DNA of 62,978 nucleotides, the filler included, from Chiloscyllium plagiosum (Eukaryota): the NCBI RefSeq assembly GCF_004010195.1. It is 10 parts of 9 records of this genome, joined end to end, with 100 filler letters (N's around TTAATTAATTAA, not from the genome) between each part and the next. Parts side by side here need not be neighbours in the genome. Positions count along the whole stretch, not along the records: positions 52,724 to 55,993 come from NW_025189663.1; positions 56,094 to 57,816 come from NW_025168574.1; positions 57,917 to 59,104 come from NW_025136042.1; positions 59,205 to 60,260 come from NW_025121479.1; positions 60,361 to 61,855 come from NW_025158414.1; positions 61,956 to 62,978 come from NW_025116959.1; 4 more parts are not named here. The stretch is one strand, 5' to 3'. Under the pieces are notes generated by a model. The model searched no databases, was not told the origin of the DNA, and was given only the letters and a program-made list of their open reading frames with translations. Shown piece after piece: positions 52,624 through 62,978 of the stretch. Positions within the stretch are counted from its first letter, which is position 1. The number at the start of each line of letters is the position of its first letter. The position numbers were made by a program, and so were the translations under genes.

Positions 52624-53665
52624 NNNNNNNNNNNNNNNNNNNNNNNNNNNNNNNNNNNNNNNNNNNNTTAATTAATTAANNNNNNNNNNNNNNNNNNNNN
52701 NNNNNNNNNNNNNNNNNNNNNNNCTTATTGAATGCACATCTGTGTGTGTGTGTGTATGTACATAAATGTGTCTTTTGGTGAGAGCCTGCATATGTGTCTT
52801 TACGTGTGTCATTTGTGAGCATCTCTCTGTATCTGTGTGTGTTTCTGCTCTTATGCAATTTTTATTATTCTAATTTTATTGTTCTAATTTTAATGGATTG
52901 CCCACAATTTGATCTGACCTTGTTGTTGTAGAAAACATTTCCCATCATCGTGAAGAGATAAGCGTTTTATGAGCAACTCTTCTGTTGCAGTGAGAGAATT
53001 TCTGTCTCTGAGACAAAAGTCCTGAGTTCAAATCCCCACTGCCCCAGAGATAACATTTCTGAATATGTTTATTAGAAAATAGCTACTCATATTCTGTATT
53101 TGAAACAATGCAATATCAGGTGTTCGAATATTACAATTGATCCCATGTGCTCCGGAAAACGGAGACAAGACTATGGAATACAAACCGGGATGATGCAAAC
53201 ACAGTTTCGGATTGTGGGAGTCACTGTTAATCATTTGTTAACAGGGCCAAGCATGTCCAACATGCTTCAAAGGTATTATTTTGCTTGGAAATTTTACATC
53301 TTCAAATAGTAAGCAAGAAGCTGAATGTTCCTGTTAGTAACTGGGTTATATTACAGAGGACCTCTACTGTGAAAACTCTGCACTGGGAGTAAGAGTACAG
53401 ACCGTTCATCCTTCCACTCTCCTCTTCCCTGTGCTCCACAACAACTTATCTGTTGGTTCTCTTTGGTGTGAAAGTGAAGATACATTCTGTCAACTCATGC
53501 GCTGGGGCAAGATCCTGGCAGTTTCCCAGAAACAAAGGTTACATTCAAATTGCTCTGCACTCTTTACAATTGGTATCTCTTTAAGAGATTAAAAGTCTCT
53601 TAAATTTGCATTTCCAATTGGTGCAATGTGGCAGTTTAAAACTGACGTGAATTTTGTAAGAATGG

Positions 53666-53858
53666 GGAAAAACAAGGACTGCAGATGCTGGAAACCAGAT
53701 TCCAGATTAGAGTGGTACTGGAAAAGCCCGGCAGTTCAGGCAGCATCCGAGGAGCAGGAAAATCGATGTTTCAGCAAGGGCTTTTGCCCGAAACGCGATT
53801 TTCCTACTCCTCAGATGCTGCCTGAACTGCTATGCTTTTCCAGCAACACTCTAGCCTA
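53666..53858. mobile_element. Palindromic Penelope-derived element with 16-bp TSD
   Basis: AATTTTGTAAGAATGG at 53650-53665 and 53859-53874; the site is empty at about 61265 in the paralogous contig. Confidence 0.88.
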
Positions 53859-53955
53859 AATTTTGTAAGAATGGCCAATCGGGGAATCAGGAACACGAAG
53901 TTCAAAACTCATGGTCTACCCTTAACGTAGAATGGACATTGTCCGATTTCAGAGG

Positions 53956-55081
53956 TAAAAACAATGACTGCAGATGCTGGAAACCAGATTCCGGATTAGT
54001 GGTGCTGGAAGAGCACAACAGTTCAGACAGCATCCAAGGAGCTTCGAAATCGATGTTTCGGGCAAAAGCCCTTCATCAGGAATAAAGACAGTGAGCCTGA
54101 AGCATGGAGAGATAAGCCAGAGGAGGGGGTGGGGAAAAAGTAGCATAGAGTATAATGGGTGAGTGGGGGAGGGGATGAAGGTGATAGGTCAGGGAGGAGA
54201 GGGTGGAGTGGATAGGTGGAAAAGGAGATAGGCAGGTAGGACAAGTCCGGACAAGTCATGGGGACAGTGCTGAGCTGGAAGTTTGGAANNNNNNNNNNNN
54301 NNNNNNNNNNNNNNNNNNNNNNNNNNNNNNNNNNNNNNNNNNNNNNNNNNNNNNNNNNNNNNNNNNNNNNNNNNNNNNNNNNNNNNNNNNNNNNNNNNNN
54401 NNNNNNNNNNNNNNNNNNNNNNNNNNNNNNNNNNNNNNNNNNNNNNNNNNNNNNNNNNNNNNNNNNNNNNNNNNNNNNNNNNNNNNNNNNNNNNNNNNNN
54501 NNNNNNNNNNNNNNNNNNNNNNNNNNNNNNNNNNNNNNNNNNNNNNNNNNNNNNNNNNNNNNNNNNNNNNNNNNNNNNNNNNNNNNNNNNNNNNNNNNNN
54601 NNNNNNNNNNNNNNNNNNNNNNNNNNNNNNNNNNNNNNNNNNNNNNNNNNNNNNNNNCCTTGTTACAGTTGGAGGGGTGGGGTCTGCGGGCGGAGGTGCG
54701 GGATGTGGACGAGATGCGTTGGAGGGCATCTTTAACCACGTGGGAAGGGAAATTGCGGTCTCTAAAGAAGGAGGCCATCTGGTGTGTTCTGTGGTGGAAC
54801 TGGTCCTCCTGGGAGCAGATACGGCGGAGGCGGAGGAATCTGGAATATGGGATGGCATTTCTGCAAGAGGTAGGGTGGGAAGAGGTGTAATCCAGGTAGC
54901 TGTGGGAGTCGGTGTTTTGGTAAAAAATGTCAGTGTCAAGTCGGTCGTCATTAATGGAGATGGAGAGGTCCAGGAAGGGGAGGGAGGTGTCAGAGATGGT
55001 CCAGGTAAATTTAAGGTGAGGGTGGAATGTGTTGGTGAAGTTGATGAATTGCTCAACCTCCTCGCGGGAGCACGAGGTGGC
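53956..55081 (-). mobile_element. Young 5'-truncated Penelope-like element downstream of Cmu4
   Basis: Open RT-thumb frame (FHPHLKFTW..LPFLDL..DSHSYLDYTSSHP..IPYSRFLRLRRICS) and a terminal repeat; absent from the paralogue at about 61365. Confidence 0.92.
54052..54079 (-). ncRNA. Minimal hammerhead ribozyme motif in the PLE terminal repeat
   Basis: CUGAUGA-A-GGGC(UUUU)GCCC-GAAAC-AUC; catalytic core intact, stems I and III weak. Confidence 0.6.
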
Positions 55082-55212
55082 AGGTTGGATAAGGTACTTG
55101 GTGAAATCCTGCAATGAGTGAGCTTTACTCTGTTTCTCACCCAGGGTGTATCTGAGCAGCAACATTAACTGCACAAGATATACTTCCCAGACCAGTTAAT
55201 AATCCAATTTAA

Positions 55213-55459
55213 CTGTGTGGAGTTTGCACATTCTCCCCGTGTCTGTGTGGGTTTCCTCCGGGTGCTCTGGTTTCCTCCCACAGTCCAAAGATGTGCAGGT
55301 TAGGTGAATTGGACAAGCTAAATTGCCTGTAGTGTTAGGTGCATTAGTCAGGGGGAAATGTAGGGGAATGGGTCTGGGTGGGTTGCTCTTCGGAGGCAGG
55401 TGTGGACTTTTTGGGCCGAAGGGCCTGTTTCCACACTGTAGGGAATCTAATCTAATCTC
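55213..55459 (+). mobile_element. 5'-truncated HE1-type SINE (same insertion at 56094-56241)
   Basis: Central V-domain and (AATCT)n tail; the site is empty at about 61503. Confidence 0.88.
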
Positions 55460-55583
55460 AACTGCACAGATGGAATAGAAGAGTAGGAAACAATTAATTC
55501 AGCGGTTGTGTATTTAACTCAAAACTGGAGAAAAAAAAAACTTTATTACTTTTGTTGAATTATTAAATGAAACTTAGAGATTT

Positions 55584-55972
55584 TTATTGACATGAATTAA
55601 CAGTGTCCATCAGTGCAAGCGAAATGTTTACAAAACTTGGTTTACTGCTGGATTTATTGACTGTTCTGTTGATGATCTTCAACAGAATCACTTCATGTCC
55701 CACCACACAGGAGTAAGAAGCACCGCTGGCCCAGTCTTCCGCTGTAATGGATAACAGGCTGGACACGAAGAAGGAGGTGATGTCACTCTGCGCTATTACC
55801 TCGGTGTTCTTGTAGTTACTGGGATTTACAGGCTCGCCATTGTTTGTCCACTTGAAGATCTCTCGGGGGGAGAAACCTCTCACTAAACAGGTGAGGGAGA
55901 GAACCCTTTCAGCAGAGATTTCTTCTGTTGGTGGCAGGAGCACAGACACTGATGGCTCCTGTGGATTAATCA
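55584..55972 (-). CDS. IGHM: IgM Cmu4 exon with secretory tail (open; one-codon deletion, several atypical substitutions)
   Basis: ttttgcag acceptor; [26 protein letters not shown]...YSCVVGHE...[19 protein letters not shown]; AATAAA at 55542-55547. Confidence 0.9.
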
Positions 55973-56360
55973 CTGCAAAATATTTGAGACAAANNNNNNN
56001 NNNNNNNNNNNNNNNNNNNNNNNNNNNNNNNNNNNNNTTAATTAATTAANNNNNNNNNNNNNNNNNNNNNNNNNNNNNNNNNNNNNNNNNNNNGGCCATG
56101 CTAAATTGCCGATAGTGTTACATGCATTAGTCAGGGGAAAATGTAGGGAATGGGTCTGGGTGGGTTGCTCTTCGGAGGCAGGTGTGGACTTGTTGGGCCG
56201 AAGGGCGTCTTTCCACACTGTAGGGAATCTAATCTAATCTCAACTGCACAGATGGAATAGAAGAGTAGGAAACAATTAATTCAGCGGTTGTGTATTTAAC
56301 TCAAATGTGGAGGAAAACACTTTATTACTTTTGTTGAATTATTAAATACAACTTTGAGAT

Positions 56361-56739
56361 TATAATTGACATGAATTAACAGTGCAAGCGAAATGTTTAC
56401 AAAACTCGGTTTACCACTGGTTTTCTTGACTGTTCTGTTGATGATCTTCAACGGAACCACTTCTTGTCCCACCACACAGGAGTAAGAAGCAAGATTGGTC
56501 ATCTTCTGAAATGGAAAACAGGCTGTGCATGAAGAAGGAAGTGATGTCGCTCTCCGCTATCACCTCGGTGTTCTTGTAGTTACTGGGATTTACAGGCTTG
56601 CCATTGTTTGTCCACTTGACGAAGACCTCTCGGGGGGAGAGACTGGTCACTAAACAGGTGAGGGAGAGAAACCATTCAGCAGAGATTTCTTCTGTTGGTG
56701 GCAGGAGCACAGACACTGATGGCTCCAGTGGATTACTCA
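56361..56739 (-). pseudogene. IGHM: IgM Cmu4-secretory pseudo-exon
   Basis: Frameshift near 56497 (conserved W lost) and a 10-nt deletion between CACTG repeats in the tailpiece. Confidence 0.9.
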
Positions 56740-57028
56740 CTGCAGAATATTTAAGACAAATATAAATCAAGTATAAAAATCCAGAATCAATATCGCGATT
56801 TCACTAAATATTAAAATATGCCATTTGTAATTTGGGATTTATTCACTTTCATTTTCTAAAAGGAGCAGAATGGTATCCATAATGTTCAGTAAAAGATGTT
56901 TCCCACCTTCTCTGACTTAATCAGAATACAATATCCTTTGGTCTGTCTCTTTCTTAGGAGGAGAAAGTGAGGTCTACAGATGCTGGAGATGCTTTTATCG
57001 TTTCATGCTGGACACACTTTCCTCATTC

Positions 57029-57056
57029 CTGAAGAAGGGCTTATGCCCGAAACGTC
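57029..57056 (+). ncRNA. Minimal hammerhead ribozyme motif in a PLE-derived insert (about 56958-57122), Cmu3-Cmu4 intron
   Basis: CUGAAGA-A-GGGC(UUAU)GCCC-GAAAC-GUC, with a GUC cleavage triplet and palindromic ACGU stem III. Confidence 0.65.
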
Positions 57057-57275
57057 GATTCTCCTGTTCCCTGGATGCTGTCTGACCTGCTGCGCTGTGC
57101 CAGCAACACATTTTCAGCTCCAACTCTTTCGAAATCAGCTACCTTGCAATCCTGCCATCAGACGCATCATTAATGCTCCCAACGGTGTTTGCTCATTACC
57201 AAGCAAAGCCTGCCATTGATGTAACTGGTTCTGGATCATACATGGGATGCTTTGTGTTTTAATCTCACCGCTCAC

Positions 57276-57581
57276 CTTTCTCCTTGTGGATAGAGTGTCT
57301 CAGCAGAGTCGGTAGATTCTGATGGTACACCGCACATTCAAAAGTAACGCCACTCAGCCAGGCTTCAGTAGAAATGTCTAATTTGCTGAACACGCTGTCG
57401 GGATTCTATCCAGGCTGCTCAGCAATTTTTAATTTCAGAGGCTTATTTTCTTGTATATAGGTGACGCTGACTCCAGAAGGAAGATTGGACACAATGCAGG
57501 TTAACGTCACCATCGCCTCCACTAAGACCTGTTCTCCTGGCGGCTGGAGGATTTTAACCGTGTAATCATGGCACACAGTAT
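57276..57581 (-). pseudogene. IGHM: IgM Cmu3 exon with in-frame stop
   Basis: 306-nt AG/GT-bounded exon: [27 protein letters not shown]...[34 protein letters not shown]; TAG at 57406-57408; core Trp changed to Tyr. Confidence 0.9.
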
Positions 57582-58150
57582 CTGGCGGGAAACAGAAATC
57601 AAAATCAATGGAAAATGCCTCTCTAGGATGAAAACACCTACTCTTCAGGTTATTTCCTCACAAGGTGAAGTAACCACCTTCGAAATGGCAACTTCCAACT
57701 ATTGCTGAAACCATGCTTACTATTGTTTATGTATTTTGATCTGTGAAAGCATTCGTGATTACCTATAACATGCCCTGTTTAGTTATTCCTAAAGAACACT
57801 GGCTTTGTAACAAGTGNNNNNNNNNNNNNNNNNNNNNNNNNNNNNNNNNNNNNNNNNNNNTTAATTAATTAANNNNNNNNNNNNNNNNNNNNNNNNNNNN
57901 NNNNNNNNNNNNNNNNGTTTTCTGGGATTTCTGAAACATATTGGAATAAGATCAAGATTGTCTCTGTTCCCAAATCCATTCCCAGGTCTGTGTTATTTGG
58001 GGACAATTTTAACTGGCCTTGCCCACTGGGAATTGATGGAATTGGTTGAAATGTTGGTTGGCCCACACCTGATTTCACTCTTCAGTGTCATTCCTGAAGT
58101 TCCCATTTATGGGGCTGTGAAAGATCTGATGCTAGAATCCTGGACAAGAC

Positions 58151-58426
58151 ATTTCCTTGTGAAATAATCCTTTCCAGCTTCCAGACATCTCTTTAAATGC
58201 TCAACAAAGATTCCATGCAGCTGTGTTTCCCAGTAATTGTTCCAGGATTCATCGAAATCCCATTCCTCTTTTGTCTTCACTGCAAAGTGATTGGTTACGA
58301 TCCATCTCATTCTGTCTGGGTCTAAACTGATATAATCCTTTCCATTGGCTCCAAATCTCATCGATCCCTTCACAGAGCCACCATCACTGACCTCAACAGT
58401 AATAAACCATTGAAAGATGTGAATTC
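58151..58426 (-). CDS. Non-classical MHC class I alpha2 exon lacking both canonical cysteines (UBA-like lineage likely)
   Basis: 276-nt phase-1 exon GIHIFQWFITVEVSDGGSVKGSMRFGANGKDYISLD...TKEEWD...HGIFVEHLKRCLEAGKDYFTRK; weak donor T|gtcttg. Confidence 0.85.
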
Positions 58427-59227
58427 CTGTCACTAACCCAATAAGAATCAATGATCAATAATTAATTCTTAACTGAAACTGCGAAACAATCTGATCAAAG
58501 GTGAAGGGGGATCCTGTATCAGGCCCAGTGAGAGGGGGTTACACACGGTGCTAATCCCCACGGCCTGTGCTGTCAGAGGGTCCCAGACTCAGGCAGCACT
58601 GACCCTTTCTCCAGTCGCTGCCTCACACCTCAACCTGGAGCAGATAAGGAACGGGCTCTCTGATCCGGGTCAGAATTCCAGCGCTCACATTCCCACTGTC
58701 CTGGAACGACAGGCCCAGTCCTTCTGGTCAGTTATTTTGATCACAGGCTGCATTCTGGGGGATGTAGTCCATGTCTGTCCGTGACCACTCTGTCAGCCTC
58801 CCACAGGCACTGGCCCACGATCGGACTCTGTGTGTTATTTACAAGGACCCTCTCCCCCCGTGGGGCTGTGCAATCTCTTCCCCTGAGCCTGGCTGAATGG
58901 AGATGAGGGTACATTTCTTTAAATTGCCTATTACCTCGTGTACAACTTCCACAGATTATAGCAATGTTTTTAATTTTGTTCTAGTTGCTCAATCTGTTCA
59001 TCACAGATTACACAGAATGGGTTGGGCTTGTGTGAGGCAATGGTCATATCCCAGAATGCTCAGCTGCTCCGTAGGTTTCACAATATATCCATACAACCTG
59101 ATTCNNNNNNNNNNNNNNNNNNNNNNNNNNNNNNNNNNNNNNNNNNNNTTAATTAATTAANNNNNNNNNNNNNNNNNNNNNNNNNNNNNNNNNNNNNNNN
59201 NNNNGGTACTGCCAGCTGTTGGGTATT

Positions 59228-59562
59228 TCCAGCAGCACAGCACCAAGTGGGGCAGCACGCTGGCTCCGTGGTTAGTGCTGCTGCCTCACAGTGCTAGGGA
59301 CTCAGGTTCCATTCCAGCCTCGGGTGACTGTCTGTGTGGAGTTGGCACTTTCTCCCCATGTCTGTGAGCGTTTCCTCCCACAGTCCAAAGATGTGCAAGC
59401 TGGGGGAATTGCAAATGTTGTGTTCAGTGATTGGGAGGTTAGGTGCATTAGTCAGGGTTAATTGTAGCATAATAGGATAGGGGAATGGGTCTGGATGCGT
59501 TACTTTTCAGAGGGTGGGTGTGGACCTGTTGGGCCAAATGGCCTGTTTGCACACACTGTAGA
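59228..59562 (+). mobile_element. HE1-type SINE
   Basis: tRNA head, central domain and CR1-like tail. Confidence 0.8.
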
Positions 59563-59891
59563 ATTTCGATGAATCTGAATTTCCTTGGTTTGTAGTTTGT
59601 GAAACTTCTCTGCTCTTCACAGCAATCCAGTGAAAGTGTCAGTTGGTGAGATCTTCAAACAGTTACTGGGGTGGAATCAGGATATTCTTCTTCCTAAATT
59701 ATATGGCAATGGTCAAGGAGGGAACCAATGATCATGATCAGCAACTGGTAGGAAACAAAAATAAACTCCAGTTATGCTGTCGACTTCAGCGGGAGCATAG
59801 TGGCAAACGATTACAGCTGAGGATACATTTGAGTAACTGATAAGGTCAAATTAACAAAAACTAACATGCTCAATTGGTCATTCTATTGTAG

Positions 59892-60197
59892 AGACAACGT
59901 CTCCCCCCACGCTTTATGGCCTGGTCTCCTCCTGTCAGGAGCATAACACCGGTTCTGTGATCTTTGGTTGTTTGGCGATGGACTATTCCCCTGACGTCAC
60001 CAAGGTAACCTGGAAGAAAGGTGGGGAGCTAATCACGACTGGATTGAATACTTACCCATCAGTGAGAAACAAGAAGGAAACCTACACCCTGAGCAGCCAG
60101 TTAACCCTGCCCGGGTCAGTGGTAGGTTGCCCCAGCAATATCTCCTGTGAGGTTCAACACAGCGGGTCACACAAGAACAAAGTAATGACATGTCCAG
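59892..60197 (+). CDS. IGHM: IgM Cmu1 exon (open)
   Basis: 306-nt exon [44 protein letters not shown]...YTLSSQL...[13 protein letters not shown]|gtatg. Confidence 0.92.
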
Positions 60198-61623
60198 GTA
60201 TGTGTTGTGGGAACTGTGATAAACAGGTCATCTGTGATTAACATGAATAAGGCATTATTTNNNNNNNNNNNNNNNNNNNNNNNNNNNNNNNNNNNNNNNN
60301 NNNNTTAATTAATTAANNNNNNNNNNNNNNNNNNNNNNNNNNNNNNNNNNNNNNNNNNNNTATATGCACATTTGAGTGTGCACATAAATATGTGCCTTTA
60401 GGTGAGAGCCCGTATATGTGACATTATGTGTGTATTTGCGATCATCTCTCTGTATCTGTTCTTATAACAGACTGCAATTTTTATTATTCTAATTTATTGT
60501 TCTAATTTTAATGCATTGCCCATAATTAGATTTGACCTTGGTGTTGTCGGAAACATTTCCCATCGTCATGCAGAGATAAGCGTTTTATGAGCAACTCTTC
60601 TGTTGCAGTGATAGAACTTCTGTCTCTGAGAGAAAAGGCGTGAGTTCAAATCCCCACTGCCCCAGAGATAACATTTCTGAATATGTTTATTAGAAAATGT
60701 CTACTTGTGTTCTGTATGTGAAACAAAATGATATAAGGTATTCGAATACCAGAATTGATCCCATGTGCTTCAGAAAACTGAGACAAAACTATGGAATTCA
60801 AACTGGGACGATACAAACACCAGTTTTGGATTATGGAAATCAATGTTAACCATTTGTTAACAGAGTCAAGCGTGTCTAACATGCTTCAAAGTTACTGCTT
60901 TGCATGGAAATGTTAAATCTTTGGACAGTAAGCAAGGAGCTGACTGTTCCTGTTAGTAACTGGGTTACATTACAGAGGACATCCACCATGAAAACACTGC
61001 ACAGGGAGCAAGAGGACAGACCATTCATCGTTCCCCTCCCCTCTGCTCCACAACAACTTATCTGTTGATTCTCTTTGTTGTGAAAGTGAAGATACATTCT
61101 GTCAACTCATGCGCTGGCGCAAGATCCCTGGCAGTTACCCAGAAAGGTTACATTCAAACTGTTCTGCACTCTTTACGATTGGTATGTTCCAATCAAATTT
61201 AATTTTAAAGCGTCTTAAATTTACATTTCCAATTGGTGTAATTTGGTAGTTTAAAACTGACATGAATTTTGTTAGAATGACCAATTGGGGGAATCAAAAA
61301 CACCAAGTTCAAAACTCGTGCCCTACCCTTGACATAAAATGGACATTGTCAGATTTTGTCACAGAGGGATTTAGGATGGATAATGTACTTGGCGGAATCC
61401 TGCAATGAGTGAGCTTTACTCTATCTCTGACCCAGGGTGTATCTGAACAGAGAACATTAACTGCACAAGACACTCGTCCTAGACCTGTTAATAATCCACT
61501 TTAACTACACAGATGGAATGTAAGTCAGAGTGGGAAACAACTAATTCAGTATTTAATTCACAGCTGGAGGTAAAATAACACTTCATTACTTCTGTTGAAT
61601 TATTAAATGCAACTTTGAGATTT

Positions 61624-61855
61624 TTATTGACATGAATTAACAGTGTCCATCAGTGCAAGTGAAATGTTCACAAAACTCGGTTTACCGCTGGATTTATCGA
61701 CTGTTCTGTTGATGATCTTCAATGGAATCGCTTCATGTCCCACCGCACAGGAGTAAGAAGCACCGCTGGCCCACTCTTCCACTGTAATGGATAACAGGCT
61801 GTAGATGAAGAAGGAGGTGTTTTCGCTCTCCGCCATCACCTCGGTGTTCTTGTAG
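61624..61855 (-). CDS. IGHM: IgM Cmu4-secretory exon, 3' part (intact)
   Basis: [72 protein letters not shown]; the internal TM donor G|GTAAA is retained. Confidence 0.92.
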
Positions 61856-62119
61856 NNNNNNNNNNNNNNNNNNNNNNNNNNNNNNNNNNNNNNNNNNNNT
61901 TAATTAATTAANNNNNNNNNNNNNNNNNNNNNNNNNNNNNNNNNNNNNNNNNNNNTCTCTCTATACTATCGCAACAACCTGTTTTCACGACTGAACCTCA
62001 GAATTTGCCCCAAGCAGTCCTGAGATGGAAGAGACTTGAAATTCAGTGCTGACAATGACCTTTGTCCTGCCAGCTCAGCCCTGTTCTATTTTAAAGTTGT
62101 GTCTCCTCTGTGGACTGTC

Positions 62120-62457
62120 TCAAACCCTCTGCACACATTCTGATCTCCTGATGCTCTTGCTGAGGGGAGAGGGGAGGGTCACGTGGGTGAGGGCACAGGA
62201 GAAGCGAGCGTTGGACTCCCAGTCAGACCCAGAGAGGGTCAGCAGGCTGCTGACACTGTAGGTGCTGTCCGAAGCTCGCAGGTAGTTGCTGGTCTGAACC
62301 CCGTCCGAAATGACTGCACCGTCGTTCTTCCACTGCACCTCCAGCTCATCAGGATAGAAGTGATTGGCAAGGCACACCAGGGTGGCAGTGCCCTTGGCAT
62401 TGACCTGGTCCCGGGAGGGGGTCAGCAGGGTGAGCTTTGGCTGAGGGTTCTCATGGC
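62120..62457 (-). CDS. IGKC: Ig light chain kappa-type (NS4-like) constant exon
   Basis: tctttcag acceptor; HENPQPKLTLLTPSRDQVNAKGTATLVCLANHFYPD..WKNDG...YSVSSLLTLSGSDWESNARFSCALTH..SECVQRV*. Confidence 0.92.
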
Positions 62458-62978
62458 CTGAAAGACAAGAGAAGCAATTTTAATCCCTGCCAAACAAATG
62501 GATTTTGACTCTCAGCATATTCACTGGCAAATCAATCTTATTGAACATTTGTAGTCAATACAGAATAAACCAGACAAAAGAACAGACATTGTTCACATTG
62601 CTTCTTGGGATTTGAGTGTCACTAACAGGGCCAGCATTTATTGCCCATCCCTAATTGCCCCGAGAAGGTGATGGTGAAAGAGAAGGGACAGTTTTGGACC
62701 ATCGTTTATGGAATGAATGTGGGCAGCTGGAAGGGCTATCAATGGGGGAGCATTTCAGTGACAGTGATCAGAACTCAGTGAGATTGAGAGTAGGGATGGA
62801 AATGGAGAACCATGGAGCAAGTGTAAAAGTTTACATTGGCGAATGAACTATTTTAATAAACTGTGTGGTGATTTAGCAAAAGTGGACTGGCACCAGCGGC
62901 ATGATGGGAAATCAGTATCAGGGCAGTGGAAGCCCTCGCAGGATTAGACAGAGATCATTCAGAATCTGTTCCCACAAG

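Larger units (their letters stand above)
31252..61911. other. Nine synthetic contig linkers N44-TTAATTAATTAA-N44 (at 31252, 43593, 48413, 52668, 56038, 57861, 59149, 60305, 61900)
   Basis: Identical 100-nt structure with stop codons in all six frames, flanked by unrelated, truncated sequence. Confidence 0.97.

Noticed and set aside
60876-61097. ORF downstream of Cmu4 as the transmembrane exon
   Set aside because: No Ig TM (CART) motif or short basic cytoplasmic tail, and the paralogue near 53320-53480 has indels and a stop.
55584-61855. C exons as IgNAR or IgW
   Set aside because: Tailpiece [19 protein letters not shown], the Cmu1 and Cmu3 sequences and the VH with two D segments fit IgM.

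Overview
Eukaryotic DNA from a cartilaginous fish, most likely an orectolobiform (nurse/bamboo-type) shark; the species is inferred from the Ig sequences and repeat families. It is not one contiguous locus: nine synthetic N44-TTAATTAATTAA-N44 linkers join separate immune-gene contigs. Bases 1-43548 hold the 5' parts of three paralogous IgM heavy-chain clusters. A is on the minus strand with only promoter and leader visible. B is on the plus strand with V at 21.6-22.1 kb. C is on the plus strand with V-D1-D2 at 37.8-39.1 kb and is a pseudogene. They are embedded in CR1 LINE, Penelope-like and HE1-type SINE remnants. The concatenated pieces after 43.6 kb carry a TRBV30-like TCR beta V, a defective kappa-type (NS4-like) V-J pair, IgM Cmu1, Cmu3 and three Cmu4-secretory exons, a non-classical MHC class I alpha2 exon lacking both canonical cysteines, and a kappa C exon. 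The most striking observation is in cluster B. D2 is already fused to J, and the whole [V-RSS remnant]-D1-D2J block (22130-23071) is inverted. One break sits at the V coding end. The intronic breaks bracket a G/T-skewed, switch-like repeat array that is present in cluster C and deleted in B. This looks like a fixed aberrant RAG (possibly RAG plus switch-type) rearrangement. Also notable: Penelope-type minimal hammerhead ribozyme motifs in IgM introns, a palindromic Penelope-derived element with a 16-bp TSD, and conflicting genealogical signals among the clusters.
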